From the human T2T-CHM13v2.0 reference genome, Homo sapiens: a DNA stretch of 64,000 bases. The notes under the pieces were generated by a model. It made no database searches, had not been told where the DNA came from, and saw nothing but the letters and a program-made list of their open reading frames with translations. The stretch's first letter is position 1, and each line of letters opens with the position of its first letter. The position numbers were made by a program, and so were the translations under genes. Shown piece after piece: positions 1-14,768 of this stretch. The stretch is from the NCBI RefSeq assembly GCF_009914755.1, contig NC_060945.1; one strand, written 5' to 3'.

Positions 1-341
1 GGAGACGTCAAAGAAATAAATCTTTGTAAGCATTAAGTGTGCAGAAATGAATTTACAAAACTCACTTATTCCATGAAGCGTGTGGTTGTGGGGGTGGTAA
101 CAGGAAAGGAATTGTATTTCCTCTGGACAAAATATGTTTACATGTCTATAGTCAGGAATCCTTTGTTGGTATCACTTATTTGCAATTTACAGAGTGGTTA
201 AAAAGCTTAAAGGCAATGAAAGTTGTAGAAACACCATAGAATCAGATGACCTGAAAGAATATGTTTAGGCAGCACTTACTTTTCATTCTTTCTCACTTTT
301 CAGTGATCTTTTCAGTCTTTCTCACTTTTTCCTATCGTCTC

Positions 342-831
342 TGTGCTACGCAGAATAATGCCCACTCCCCACAACCCCCAGAGCCTGTGAATATGTTAAT
401 TTACGTGGCAAATGAGACTATGCCGTTGTGATTAAATTGAGGATCTGGAGGTTGGGAGATTATCCTGGATTATCTGGATAGGCCCAATGTAATCACAGGA
501 ATCCTTATATTGAGAGAAAACACAGGAAAGTCAAAGTAAAAGAAGGACATGTGACAATGGAAGGAGAGATTGAATTTATGCAATTGCTGACTTTGAAAAT
601 GGAGGAGGCAGGCCTTGAGTGCAGGAAGGCAGGTAGCTTCTAGAAACTGCAAAAGTCAAGGAAACCAATTCTTCTCTAGGGCTTCCAGAAGAATGCAGCT
701 CTGCATTCTGCAAAATGATCTCAGTGAGACCCATTGATTTCTGACCTCGGAACTGCACGATAATACATTCATGTTGTTTTGAGCCATTAAGTTTGTAGTA
801 ATTTTTTACAGCAGCATAAGAAATTAATACA
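342..831 (+). mobile_element. MaLR solo LTR, MLT1D-like
   Basis: TGTG...AATACA termini, MLT1D-type body (gagattatcctggattatc...gcccaatgtaatcaca), perfect 5-bp TSD GTCTC at 337-341 and 832-836. Confidence 0.85.
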
Positions 832-1925
832 GTCTCCAACCACGCTGAGCTTTAAGATCATATTTATCTCAAACAAGGAGTATTCTTAATCACCAAAATA
901 CTTGGTCCCACCCACGATTTTTAGCCTGATTGATTGCTAATAAGATGTAGCAAGAGTGTTGACAAATCTCTTTGAGACTGTTTTGAGAATCTAGAGCTAT
1001 GCAATGTGGAACAACCAGTGAGAACACAAACTTAACTTCTGTTTGTAAGTTTCCGTAAGAAATAATTTCTTTCTCAGCATTTCCTGCCTCATGCAAGTAC
1101 CAACATTTATCTCATTATATCTGGATTATTTAACACATGACTAATTTCTGGATTTCTCTGTATCAACTGTTGTATTTGTGCATTTAGAAACATCTCGTAT
1201 TCGTTCTCCTAAGACTAGAAACTCAAGCCTAACAAATACCTATATCACATTTCATCTGTATAATTTACAAATCTGACAGAATTCCTGTCTTCTAGGGGTC
1301 GCTCAAATTTTTTAAAGCTTTTACTCTACAGAGAAGTGACCGTCTTGCCATCTGTAAGACCAAACCCTGTAAGCCAATATTTCTGGGTGGGCTTTGTAGG
1401 CATTAGCTCCACACATAAAATCAACATTAGTTCCTTAAAAGTGACTTATCCTATCTAATTACATTTGTATTATTTTCAAAGATGATATTCACCTTGGTTG
1501 CATAGTTGATTTGTCCAAACATAACCTGGTAAAACAGAGAACAGATTCTACTGAATCTATTCACATAATTATGTTACTATGAAAAGTAATGATGCTTAGT
1601 AAAAGCTTTGAAATACAAAAGTCATTATAAATCAGCTACCATTTACAAATTTTTTTTTCAGTTTACGAAAGCAGTTTATTAAACTTCTGTGGGTTGTTAA
1701 TGGCTTAAGAAAAGATAGGACTTCCTCATATATTCAAAAAATAGAAAAACAAAACAACACTATTTCAAACAAACAAATTATTACAATAAAAATTTCCTCA
1801 TTAGCTCATTTAGATATATTTAATTAATTCTTGTGCTGCTGAATCTTGTGTTACCAGTTTCACAAAGCTGTCTAGTTTTCAACCTAAAATAATACGAGAA
1901 ACCCAGCCCCATCCACTGGTAGAAT

Positions 1926-2432
1926 CTGAGAGCAAATTATCTCTGTAAAATCTCAGAGAGTAACTATTTTAGAATTTGCAGGCCAGGCCAGGAGCAATGG
2001 CTCACATCTGTAATAATGGTGCTTTGGGAGGCTGAAGTGGGAGAGCACCTTGAGCCCAGGAGTTCAAGACTAGCCTGGACAACAAAGCAAGATTTAGTCT
2101 CTACAAAAAATTAAAAAATTAGCTGAGCATGATGGCATGTGCCTACAATCCTGGCTACTCAGAAGGCTGAGGCAGGAGGATCTCTTGAGACCAGGAGTTC
2201 AAGGCTGCAGTGAGCTGTGACTGCACTGCAGCATGGGCAAGAGAAAAAGAAAAAATAATAATTTGCAGGCCAGATTCTCTCTGTCACAACTACTGAGCTC
2301 TGCCATTTTAGCAAAAGAAAAGTCACAAAAGACAATACAAATGTAAGTGGACATGTTGTGCTTCAATAAAACATTTACAAAAACAGGCAGTGTCTTTCCG
2401 GGGAAGCAGGCCATCCTTTGCTGATCCCTGCT
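1926..2432 (+). mobile_element. MER58A (hAT-Charlie MITE) split by an Alu
   Basis: 5' part gcaaattatctctgtaaa...tattttagaatttgcaggcca; 3' part ctctgtcacaactactgagctctgcc...aataaaacatttacaaaaacaggc...tttgctgatccctg. Confidence 0.8.
1986..2259 (+). mobile_element. AluJ
   Basis: Dimeric Alu with J-type right arm (ggatctcttgagaccaggagttcaaggctgcagtgagc); 13-bp TSD AATTTGCAGGCCA at 1973-1985 and 2260-2272. Confidence 0.92.
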
Positions 2433-2919
2433 CTAATCAATATCAGATCAGCTTTGATAAGTCAACAGGTTGCAGTACAAGCCTTTTCCTGAAGGCTCCG
2501 AAGCTCTCGTTCTTGGCTGAACTCACAAAATCTTCCTTGTAGCTTATAGCAGAGACTCCATGGGATCATCAGAGTAAAACAAATACTATCTGAAGATAGA
2601 AGAGAATTAATGGCTGTAGTTAATTTATTACTAATAATTTTCAATTGTGAACATTTTATGAGATTTTTCTATATAGTATAGAACAACTGTAGAGTTGAAT
2701 AATGCAGTTGACAGGAGTACATGATTATTTCAGTGACATGAAAATCAAAGATAATAAAACCATTCCAAAAAAAAGTTTCTGAGAAAAATGATCAAATCTA
2801 TTTTCAGAAACATCACTGAATGCTATATCTGATTTACAAAATTGGATGAATGGCTTTAATGAGAAAAAATCTTGGAATATAGCATATAATATACATAATA
2901 TGCCAAGAATGTCAAATAA

Positions 2920-3010
2920 AGAGATTCAGTAAGTCTAGAGTGGGGCCTAAACATGTAGAAAACTCCTTGGGCAATCCAGTGTGCACCTCCAATATAGAAC
3001 CACTAGCCTA
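2920..3010. mobile_element. MER5-family MITE fragment
   Basis: gattcagtaagtctagagtggggcc...agaaccactagccta resembles the MER5 half-palindrome. Confidence 0.55.
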
Positions 3011-3025
3011 GAAGACTCTAGCTTT

Positions 3026-3489
3026 TGTTGGGTGTGGGAATTGATTTCACTCTACTTACAAACCATTAAGATAGCTCTAAGATATGCTCTTACTGTTTCT
3101 TGTGTACCAACAGAAGACATGAGACTCCTAGATCAGAGACAGAGGACTTTATTACTTACATCACAGCAAGCAACACAAATGAATATAGTTGCATTTAGTT
3201 TCTCTTGTACCTAAGTCCCACAGGGGTGACAGAGAGGGTCCAGATAGATGCTGTGCATGCATAGGGTTTATGTCACAGTCTGAAGAACTCTGAGTTTGAG
3301 GAAATCCATCACTTCTGTAGTAAGCAGTAAGCAAGCCTAATCTCTGCCTCAGATGGAAGTTTTATTTCATCCCTCAAAGAAACTTATGAGAACACAGCCT
3401 TGGGAACTGGCCCAGGTAAAGGAGCAACCAGGGCCTTGAAATCTCAGCAAGGAGTATGAGAAGCCCATGAACAGCTATGTCTCCCAACA
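3026..3489 (-). mobile_element. ERVL solo LTR, LTR47/LTR53-like
   Basis: TGTTGG...CCAACA inverted termini; minus strand contains agtAATAAAgtcctctgtctctgatctaggagtctcatgtcttctg typical of this LTR group. Confidence 0.7.
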
Positions 3490-4168
3490 GATTCAAATGA
3501 AAAAAGTAAGGTTGTAGACAAGTGAGCATTTGAAGTAAAACCTGAAATTATAACAGATAAGTATATATTGTTTTTGCTTAATGTCATCACATAAAGCACA
3601 ATAGGACTCTGATAAATATTCAAAAATCCGACAGAACTAGTTCATCATAATCTTGATCAGGGTTTCACCAGAGTTGAAATATATTATGAAAAGGAAGGTA
3701 TTGACAAATCTCTAAGGACTTCACATAAAGCATACAATTTCTGAAATATTTGGATTAATAACATTAACCTTTACAAACTGAACCTAGAGAAAAGCGTGTC
3801 TTTCCAAATTTGACAATTTTTCCCATGCAGTTGTTATAATAGTAGCAAATCAAACAAAACTCAGTATTTCTAGTGCCTCTTTTTATGAGCAAAAGAACAA
3901 ATTTTTGTGATTGTTTCCCAGGAGCCCTCTGGGAAACCTCAAAGATAGTTTACATGTAAAAGATAGTCTGAATTTTTATTTTATTTTTTCTATACTTAGG
4001 ACCTGAATTTGAGAAGGCTAAAATCACAATGTCTTCAGAGATTTGGAACCAAGATTGAGATAAGATGGTGGGTGCCTGAGAAATAATAACTAGTTACCAA
4101 TTAAATAAAATGACAATAAAACAAAAATAAACATTGAAATTAGCAGGGTGGTGAAAACCTTAGTTCTA

Positions 4169-4488
<320 letters not shown>

Positions 4489-4732
4489 TTAGTTCTATTA
4501 TAAGTGAGGAAGCTTTCTTCTTTTTTTTCATATTACATAATTAAGAAATTTAGTCAACAAAAACCACATAAAATAATGCTGGTAAAATAGAGAATCTCTG
4601 CTGCTATCCACATGGATTACACAGAAGGTAAAAAAGAACCTGTCAAATTGTTGGCAAAGATCATCAGTAACCTAAAAAAGGAAACTCATCAAGATTTAGT
4701 ATATTTTGTTAAAATTTCAACACTTTTAATAG

Positions 4733-5081
<349 letters not shown>

Positions 5082-5610
5082 TAAAAAAATCACTTTTAAA
5101 ATTTCAATATTATTTATCTTCTTTCACATTCTGGAATAAATTGGCATTTTACTTTAGGACAGATCTCAGGAAGCTCATGAGTAAAAACTTATTTCACAAT
5201 AATACTAAGATATTTATGTTAGCATGCAATGTATTCATCATGGCTATATTTAAATAAATCCATAAATGTTTAAAACTTGTTTAAATTCTGAATATGATAA
5301 ATATTGATATGTATAGCTCACAGAAGCAAAAGCTCTCTGAGTTCCTCAATAGGTTCCAAAAGCCTGAGAATTGTTACCTTAAAACGAAAGTATTCTTTTT
5401 TTCTTCCAAAATACATACACAGTTCATTTTGGGTCATCATCGCTCCAAGGGTAGTTTCTGTTACTCGTGTTAATTTTAACATTTAATAAACTCTCACAGA
5501 GAAAACGAGGGTAGCCAAGTGTCTGTCATACATAAGTATTTTAGCCAATTAGCAAAGCTCATGGACACACAGAATATGTCTTTCAACAGCCACACAAATA
5601 CATTTTATAC

Positions 5611-5930
5611 TTTTTTTTCTTTTCTTTTTTTTTTTTTTTTTTGGAGCCAGGGTCTTGCTCTGTCACCCAAGCTGGAGTGCAGTGGTAACGTGGCTCAATC
5701 ATGGCTCACGGTAGCCTCGACCTCTTGGGCTCAAGCAATCCTTCCATCTCAGCCTCCTAAGTAGCTAGGACCACATGCATGCACCACCAAGCACAACTAA
5801 TTTTTTAATTTTTGTAGAGATGGGGTCTACCTATGTTGCCCAGGCTCATCTCAAATTCCTGGACTCAAATGATCCTCCTGTCTTAGCCTCCAAAGTTCTG
5901 GGATTATAGACATGAGCCACCTCACCCAGT
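5611..5930 (-). mobile_element. AluJ
   Basis: Poly-T then J-type Alu (gggctcaagcaatcc, ctatgttgcccaggct); degenerate TSD tta(t/c)acttt. Confidence 0.9.
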
Positions 5931-6509
5931 TTACACTTTCTTAATTAGACAAAAATGAATACGTCCATTAACAGGGACAAAGATCAATCCAATTTAATCA
6001 ATTTAATGCAATCCACTCAGTCCATGAGCTTGGAAATTGTATTGTCTTCCAGCTGGCATATTATAACACAATTACTGTTCAAACAAAACTTTGTTAGAAT
6101 AATTAAATATATACAAATGTGTCCTTTTTACAATATTAAACATTATATAATAGTAATGTTAGCTTATTTGATCAGTAAACTTGGTTAAGTTTAAGAAAAA
6201 CAAACCCAAATAGAATAAAATGCATGCTTATATATTAGCATTGATAAAAAGGAGAAGACTGCTGTTGCTAGTAAACTAAAATTATAGATCTAGTTTCATT
6301 TACCAAAGATTTACCTTTGTTATAGAAATTGGAGTTCTTAAAGCATTTCCAAGTTAACTCACGTAAGAATGTTTTAATTCAAGCACATTTAAAGTATTAG
6401 AAGTTTATTTTTTATTTTTCTAGACATTTTAGTAATATTCATTTTTATGTATTTTTAATCTACTCAGAATACAGCTCCTATAACTTTAGAGGCTTTGCAG
6501 TCTAATTAA

Positions 6510-6834
<325 letters not shown>

Positions 6835-7489
6835 AAGAAGATAGTTTACAGTTAAAGTTTTTTCTGAATTATAGAAGCATAAACATACAGAGTCACCAAG
6901 AGTGTATAGTTTCAGATTTAAAACTTTAGCCACAGGTCAACTGTAAACAGAGAAACACAAAAATCTCAGTCCAGATATCAAATAGCTGCACTCCTTTCTA
7001 GTGAGCACAAAATTCTTAAGTATTCTAAGCACAAAAATAAACAAGTTAACAAACAAGCAAAAACATTAGTAAACGAGTTTACCTCTTGTCTCTTACCCAA
7101 CAGAGAATATATCTCTATCTACCATCTACAGAGACCACAAATAATCAGACCATAAAAACAAATTCCCAATTATCACTACCACCAGTGCATAACTCATTGG
7201 CCATGCACAAACCAGAAACAAAAACAAAACACGAGATCATTAGAAAGGAAAAAGAATTACAGAAACAGAGGTTAAGTAAATGTATAGTTCTATTGCGGAT
7301 TGTGATTCACTTCTGGGAGTCAAGAAGAGAGGTGTCTGGGCTTAGGCTGCCTATGAGGTGCACCTCTCCAGCAATGTGGCTTACCAGGCTATGTCACATG
7401 AATTTTGGGCATCTTCGTGGAAACTTCAAAACTATTAAAGGGTAATTTTTAAAAGAGGACATAATCATCACTCTCATACAAATATCAAG

Positions 7490-7680
7490 TGAACAGATGC
7501 TCAGAGAGCAGAGTCAAGAGTCTTGATGACATTTGTGTACCAGGTTTTCATTATTCCTGGTCCCAGATAAATTTCTGTTCTTGGGGTCTGTGAGTCACTG
7601 TGTATCTTGACAACTTCTTCTTTTTTTTTTTTTAACATAGTTTGAGTCAGGTTTCAGTTACTTCATTTAGGAAGCATTTT
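7490..7680 (+). mobile_element. Old MaLR LTR 3' fragment (MLT1J/K/L-like)
   Basis: gagtcttgatgacatttg...tagtttgagtcaggtttcagttactt resembles the 3' end of old MLT1 LTRs. Confidence 0.4.
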
Positions 7681-7713
7681 TACCGGGGCCACAATGCAGC
7701 GCTACTCTAGGAG

Positions 7714-7910
7714 GTGCTGTCCAATACAGCAGCCATCAGCCACACGTAGCTATTTAAACTTAAATTACTAAAAATTAAATAATATTTAAAATTTGGTCAC
7801 ACTAGTCATATTCCAAATGCTCAATAGCCACATGGAGCTGGTGGCTACTATGTTAGATACCACAGACCCACAGGGACTTTCTCGTCCCCAAGCCATATTG
7901 TAAAGCAGAG
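7714..7910 (-). mobile_element. MER3 (hAT MITE)
   Basis: gctgtccaatac...gccacacgtagctatttaaa...tgctcaatagccacatggagctggtggctac, the internal palindromic MER3 pattern. Confidence 0.8.
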
Positions 7911-8202
7911 TCTACAGCAAATAGTTGCTGAGTTTACATCTCAGTTCAGTAGACTGAGCAAGAAGCATTCTAAGAAACTTAGAACAAACTGTGATCAAAA
8001 GATGGTTACTTTAGTAATAATGTAAAAGAGAGTTTCTATATAAAAGTGGATGCAAACAAAATCATATGTCAAGTACAACCAAGATTTTTATTAGATCAAA
8101 ACCAGGAAGATTTAGTGTCTGTGAGGTTGCTGTTTAAATTATTTTCTTACATTGCAATGGAAAGAAATAGATTGTATGAACCAAGTTTCTAGTATAAGAA
8201 AT

Positions 8203-8602
8203 TGTTACGGGTTGAATTGTGTCCCCCAAAAAAGTATGTTGAAGTCCTAACCTCCAGCATCTCAGGAAGTGACCTTATTTGGGAATAGTGTCATTGCAGA
8301 CGTCATTAGTTAAGATGAGATCTTGCTGGAGTAGAGTGGGCCTTTAATCCAATATAAATACTGTATTTAAGAGAAGAGACACAGAGAAAACATAGGGAGA
8401 AAATGGCCCTATGATGGTGGAGGCAGAGAATGATTGGAATGATGCATTTATAAGCCAAGGACAACCAGCAAATAGCAGAAGCTAGAAGCAAGGTAAGATT
8501 CTTCAGGTTTCAAAAGGAACATGGCCCTGCCAACACCTTGATTTCAGAATTCTTGTCTCCAGAACTGTGAAAAAAAGAAATTTCTGTTGTTTAATCCATC
8601 CA
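8203..8602 (+). mobile_element. MaLR LTR, MLT1C-like, 3' end lost
   Basis: tgttacgggttgaattgtgtccccc...gaccttatttgggaatag...ggccctgccaacaccttgatttcaga...ccagaactgtga. Confidence 0.85.
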
Positions 8603-9344
8603 ATACAATAAAATAAACATATCTGAAAGATTTTATTTAATTCATCAATTAATGAGGAAACGTCTACAATATCACAAACCTTCAAAGACTAAATCAAAGT
8701 ACTACACATGTAAAAACAACAATGCTTAAATAAATGTACAAGTGAACACAAAAATGGCTTATTCTGTGGGAGTGAGAGAAGGATTTGGAGAAGGAGCTTA
8801 ATTGTATTTCCAATGGGCAAAATTTACTTGTATGGCTAAGGATAAGAATCATTTGCATTGCTGTTAGTCATATACAGTTGAAAGAGTTGTAAAGTAGCTC
8901 AAAGACAACAAAAGGTACAGACAATCCATGGATAGTCGTGGAATAGGAGAACCCAGAATGTATGAGTAGACATAACCTTTTTGGTACATTTTAAAATCTT
9001 TCATGATTTCTTCCTGTATCCATAACAAAAAGCTTTTAAAACCAACATTCATTTTTAACTTTATATTCTATTTTTTGAGGCCAAAATGATTTAGAAACTT
9101 CAAAAAATTATTTACGAAGGAGTAGTCTAAATTATAAGAAACTGTAAGTTTTCTGAGAAACAGAAATTAAAATTCTCAGGTGAGTGGGAAGGTTCCATTT
9201 CTTAAATCCATTTTCCATTTTTCTTAAATTTTACTTATGATTGATTTCAATTCAAATGTAGGAAGACCCAGTTAAAAGTATAGTAGCTAAATGAATTTAC
9301 AGATAGTCTAAGACAAAAATATGAGTTTGAATAAAGTTTATTTG

Positions 9345-9725
9345 ATTACTATATTAAGATAGAAATGTTAGCTGCTCTAACAAACACCTGTCTCTCAGTT
9401 TTAATGAAATAACATTTTATTTCTTGCTCATAGGAAGTCCAAAGGTATTGGGCAGATTTCTTAGATGTCTCTCCTTCAAAGCATAACTCAGGAATCTAAG
9501 TTCCTTTCATTATATGGTTCTGCCATTTGGGAGCCTTTCACTTCCACACACACACAGAACACAAATGAAAAACCTCATGAGAGATGTTAGGTACTAAGCC
9601 TGGGTTTGACTTTCAGTTCTTGTCTCAACTAGGCACGTGGCCCTAACTCAACTGCAAAGAATTCTAAGAAATGTATTCATCCTGAGTGCACTGAAAAAGA
9701 CAACAGGTTTCTCAGCAGCTAGCCT
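9345..9725 (-). mobile_element. Old MaLR LTR (MLT1J-like)
   Basis: tagctgctctaacaaac...ttttatttcttgctca...actcaggaatctaag...cacgtggccctaactcaactgcaaag. Confidence 0.55.
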
Positions 9726-11059
9726 ATTACTTCTATCATCCTTCTTACTTATATAATTAATTGCCAGTTACAACTGTTCCTCGTAAACCATGATAATTGA
9801 TTTGACTTATCTTTTTTAAATTCTTTTAATTTATCTCTATTAATTTATAGCCAATGGAAAGTTGCCCAACTTTCTGACTTTGTCACTCTGAAGACCCAGT
9901 ATGGAAGGTTCTTAACAGCAAAAGCTGTATCACATTCAGAAGAGGACAACCACATGGAAATAAATGAGCAGTGAAGCTGACAGGGGTATCAATGTGTCTT
10001 TCAATGCTTCGTGCATCATCAGCTATTTATTTCAATATTTTGTATGTCATCAGCACTTTGTCTGACAGCTCCATTTGTTCACTTTTCATACTTCTTTTGG
10101 GTGAACAGCATGTATAAGAGCTCCATTTTGGAACAGCACATTAATCTTCCCTAGTTAAGGGATGACTTGTTCTCACACTTATCATTGCACCTCTCTTGTG
10201 ATATGACATCACCCCCTCATTTGCTGAGATAAATGCCAAACAAAAACATCACACCGGCATCTGAATTTCTACATTGTCTATTTGATTTGTATCACAACTT
10301 TGAAATATAAGGAAAGGAGGACACTAGTCATTAATGAAGCTACTTTTTTTTCTTGGCGCTTTTATATTTTCTACAAGATTTGTACTTAATATTGAGAAAC
10401 TCTGACAGTCCTAAGCCAATTCTGTGGCTTGCCCAGTAGGTTAAATCAAGTTGTGCCAGAAAACCCAGACATATACCCATCTTCCACACAATGGAGTGGC
10501 AACCAGCCTCCCTTGTCCTTCGGCATCCATGGCAAGTTTGTCCTCTAGAGCACTGAGTTATATGACCCATGAGCCAATGGCTGCATTTACAACAAAGACC
10601 CGTGAAAGTTGTAATTCCTTTACAAATAACTCATGAGTTCAGTCCTATCCAGAAGGTGATGCTGAAATACTGCACAATAACAATGTTTGTTTGCCTAAAA
10701 AGGACATTCAGCAGCAATGGTTCACTACAGGTTAGGCACCATATTTCAATTCCTAATCAAATTCTATTTGGACCTTTCATTTCCTGAAATGACCCTGAAA
10801 ATGTTATCTCTACTCTAGCTGTCACCCTTCCTGCTTGTGATCTCAGTTTGAAATCTAAGTATTAGAAACCGTAGAAGACTGTGGCTGGATTTGGCATTAT
10901 TCCAGTTCACTATGAAGACACATTTAAACTGAAAAACTTACATAAACTAAGTGAGATGAACTGGTCTCCATAACAGGAGAAGGTAATACGATGATGGCTT
11001 ATAATTTGGAATAAAAATCATGTAGTGTCTTTAATATCTTTCACCCACAAGACATTATG

Positions 11060-11535
11060 TGTATAAAGACTTAGAAAATTAGAAAATAATGGGAAAACAC
11101 CCAAATGTCCAAGAGCAAGAGAATAAATAAATAAATTATGCTATGCTCAAATAATGAAATAATATGCAACAGAGAAAAGCAATAAACTACAGGCATGACT
11201 GACAATGTGCAGGATTCCCATGAACAAAAATGTTGGAAGAAAATGTCAAATGAACACAGAACAATATGGTATAAGATTTTGTATACAAACTTTTAAAACG
11301 TACAAAAGGATATTATATACAGCTAAGAGTACCTGCAATTATTGTACTAAAAACACAGTGGAAGATAAATACCGGTGGCTCCCTCTAGAGGCAAGGAAGA
11401 AATGAGACGTGATCAGAGAGGAATGCTTAACGGCACTTCAAATGTGCAGGGCGTGTTTTATTTGCTAAGCTGGTGTTCACTTTATTTTTCTTTATACTTT
11501 CCTTGTATGTGTAAATATTTGCAAAATAAAATGTA
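11060..11535 (+). mobile_element. L1ME 3'-end fragment
   Basis: ggaaaacacccaaatgtcc...ataaataaattatg...gttttatttgctaagctgg; old L1M 3' UTR pattern. Confidence 0.6.
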
Positions 11536-11616
11536 ATAAAACCATGTAGGTGGCGATCCCTGCCCTTAGAAATTAAAAAAATCTTATTATGGAGAAAAGA
11601 TATTTGCACATTTTTT

Positions 11617-12158
11617 CAACTTTATATATATTTTATTGTTGCAATAATATAGACTACAAGAAATTAGCTTATTAAATAAAATCTACCTTCATTCATATAT
11701 ATATAATACTTTGAGTTCTGGAGCACGTGTGCATAACGTGCAGGTTTGTTACATAGGTATATATGTGCCATGGTGGTTTGTTGCACCCATCAACCCTTCA
11801 TCTACATTAGGTATTTCTCCTAATGCTGTCCCTTCCCTAGCCCCCACCCCCCAACAGGCCCCAGTGTGTGATGTTCCCCTCCCTGTGTCCATGTGTTCTT
11901 ATTTTTCCACTCCTACTTATGCGTGAGGACATGCAGTGTTTGGTTTTCTGTTCTTGTGTTAGTTTGCTGAGAATGATGGTTTCCAGTTTCATCCATGTCC
12001 ATGCAAAGGACATGAACTCATCCTTTTTTATGGCTGCATAGTATTCTATTGTGTATATGTGCCACATTTTCTTTATCCAGTCTATCATGGATGGGCATTT
12101 GGGTTGATTCCAAGTCTTTGCTATTGTGAATAGTGCTGCAATAAACATACGTGGACAC
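11617..12158 (-). mobile_element. 5'-truncated L1PA7/8-like element (about 11703-12158) with candidate 3' transduction (about 11617-11695)
   Basis: ORF2 C-terminus (MFIAALFTIAKTWNQPKCPSMIDWIKKMWHIY) plus L1PA 3' UTR; perfect 13-bp TSD TTGCACATTTTTT at 11604-11616 and 12159-12171. Confidence 0.9.
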
Positions 12159-14624
12159 TTGCACATTTTTTAAAAGGTAGACGACAACACAAGATGACAA
12201 ATGTGTAAATTCCAAATGAATCTTACAGATAACCTGATAATATTCCTGGAGTCTTCAGGGAAATTTTATTTGTGGAAATAAAATGTCTTATTATCAAAAA
12301 AGCAGATGGAAACAGGGAGAGGACTAAGAAGAATATGATCCATGTCCATACAATTATAATGTATATCTTTTTACTGGAATGTTATCTCCATGAAGGCAGG
12401 ATCATCTGTTGTGTTTAGTGCAAATCTTGAGTCCCTGGTATATCCTAGGTAAAACCTACGTACAATAACTTTCATGGAGGGAAGACTGGCATTCTCTAAT
12501 ACCAGTATTCTTGAGATAGAAAACTCATAGACATTCTGACAGTTTAGTAATATACAGTGTTTTACACAGCAGTTCTCAACCTCATAGAACTCCTTTTTCC
12601 AGAGAAAACATATGGTAGATATTTTAGGTTTAACATTTGTGGCTGACAGATCTGTATTGCATGAGAAAGAGAATGTAAGGGTGTATCTGATAAAGCAACT
12701 AGTTTGATCTCTTAACCTGAACCATGATGCTCCTGTAGCAAATAAAAATTAAAGTGGAACAATAACAACTAAATCTAGGACACTTCAACCATTGATGTCA
12801 AAAATACTGAATTGAGAATTAGTACACATAAAATAAAATTTACTCTGTTGTTTGCACTTGATCTAGAGGTTGTATGGAAAAAAATAAAAACAGAAACAGA
12901 AAATAGTGATGGATTTTAAATAGTTCTTTGTGTCCTAAAAAGCCAACCAAACAACAACAACAAAAAACATAGATCTCAGAGGCCTTTGCAGGCTGTACAT
13001 TTCAAGACCAGATAAAAGGTGAGAGGTCTCAAGTGACAGACCAAGATGGGTCACAGGATGCCTGAGAAACCACATGATTAGGTGCAGTCAGACGAACAAC
13101 TGTAGAGTCAGTGAAAAATCAATCTGGTAGTGACAGAAGCCTATGAGTGAAATGTCTTTTCCATATTTTTTAGCTATCACTCTGTCAATACACGCACTTG
13201 AAACTGGATGCACTTGAGAATTAAAAGATGTTAGATCTATAAAGCATTAGAACAGTGTCTACTAGGTACTAACTTCTCAATAAATACTGTCTACTTTGCT
13301 GAAGTAATAAGTATATTAATAACAAAATTTTTAAATATTGAATTAAATTTTTTTATTGTATATACAGAAGCTCCTTCAATGCTATCTTTTATTTTCACCA
13401 TGGCTTCACATTAGCCTATCACAAAATTCTACTCCTTACCTACGATCTCAGTGAGAGGTTCTTGCATTAGGATGTACTAAGAACACCAAAGAATCTAAAG
13501 AACTCACGGTTATGGCAATTTCTACAATGAAGATAAACAGGGATTATGCAGTTTGGTTGACATTCAGGTCTCCAGTGTGTGCTCTTTGGCCTTTCGTGGT
13601 CACACTATGTGCTGCTCTGCTTCTATTTATATCATCTTCATCAAATAACAGGCCTAGTAGGAGAATTGGAGGCAGGGGGTGAAGGAAAAAACAAAATGTA
13701 TGAAACCTTCAACCAAACACAGTGACTTTATGTTACCAGTACTGGTGGGAGATTTGTTATAGGACTAAAAAAGATGCAGAAGAATTCATATAAGAATCAG
13801 GAGATCCAAGGCCTACTCTAATTTGCCACTAACTATCTGGGTCACCATGGGACTAATTCCTTAACGTCTGTGAGTACAATACTATACTCAAATTAGAAAA
13901 TCTTCCAGATCCCTCCCATTCCATATTTATGATTCGTTGATGTTGCACCTTCCCAGATAACCAAGAATCACCTATAAATAGGAAGGGGCAGGCATTTCTC
14001 TTTTCTCATCACATTCTCTTTTCCAATAGGTGTTACTACCCTCTAATTTTTTTTTTAATAAAATCCTCTAGCAAAGGCAATGATTCCTCTATTACTCATC
14101 ATGAACAAGAGTGCCAGATATGTTTCCTGACTGATAGAAATATCTGAATAAACACGTGGTGCAGTGTCAAAAGCCCTGGACATGGAAGACCTGCAGCTAA
14201 CCTCTGATTTACTACTTACTAGCAGTTTTACTTTAGAAGTGATATAGAAATTATAATATTGGTGGCTATTGTCTTGGAGATTTTGTCTTTGATTTCACTC
14301 ACTTTAGAGAAGAGCAAACACCCTCAGTGAGACAGGATAGATACTGCCGGAGACATGATGGGAACCTAGTGATTTTTCCCCCAAGACTTTGAAAACAATT
14401 TTTTGGTTTCAAAGACTGAAAAAAAAAATGTATTAACTATAACAAAAAATTCTTCAAGTAAAGCCCCATGTGCAACTTTAATATATTATCAGATCGAAAT
14501 GATATCATTGTGGTGAAGAGAAGCAAGAGCCTTAGGGACTTTCACCTGACTTCTCCCACCTCCCTTCCCAGCCCCACAAGGCAATAAAAACTCTGACTCC
14601 TAGGACTCTTCCAAAGCTCCTCCT

Positions 14625-14768
14625 TGAAGTGGCCATTTGCATCACCTGAGAGCATGAAAGCCTTGAAAAATCTCAGGCCCCATTCCAGGTTCAGTGAATC
14701 AGACTCTACCATGTGACAAGATCCCCAGGTGGTATGTGTACACAGTGAACTTGAGAAGCACTGATCTA
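14625..14768. mobile_element. MER5-family MITE
   Basis: atcacctgagag...ctcaggccccattcc...tgaatcagactct...acaagatccccaggtg...ttgagaagcactgatcta. Confidence 0.65.

Noticed and set aside
8610-9050. Possible further ERV-internal fragment
   Set aside because: Resemblance too weak to assign a family or boundaries.
11541-11557. TAGGTGGCG CTCF-like core
   Set aside because: The 5' half of the motif matches poorly.
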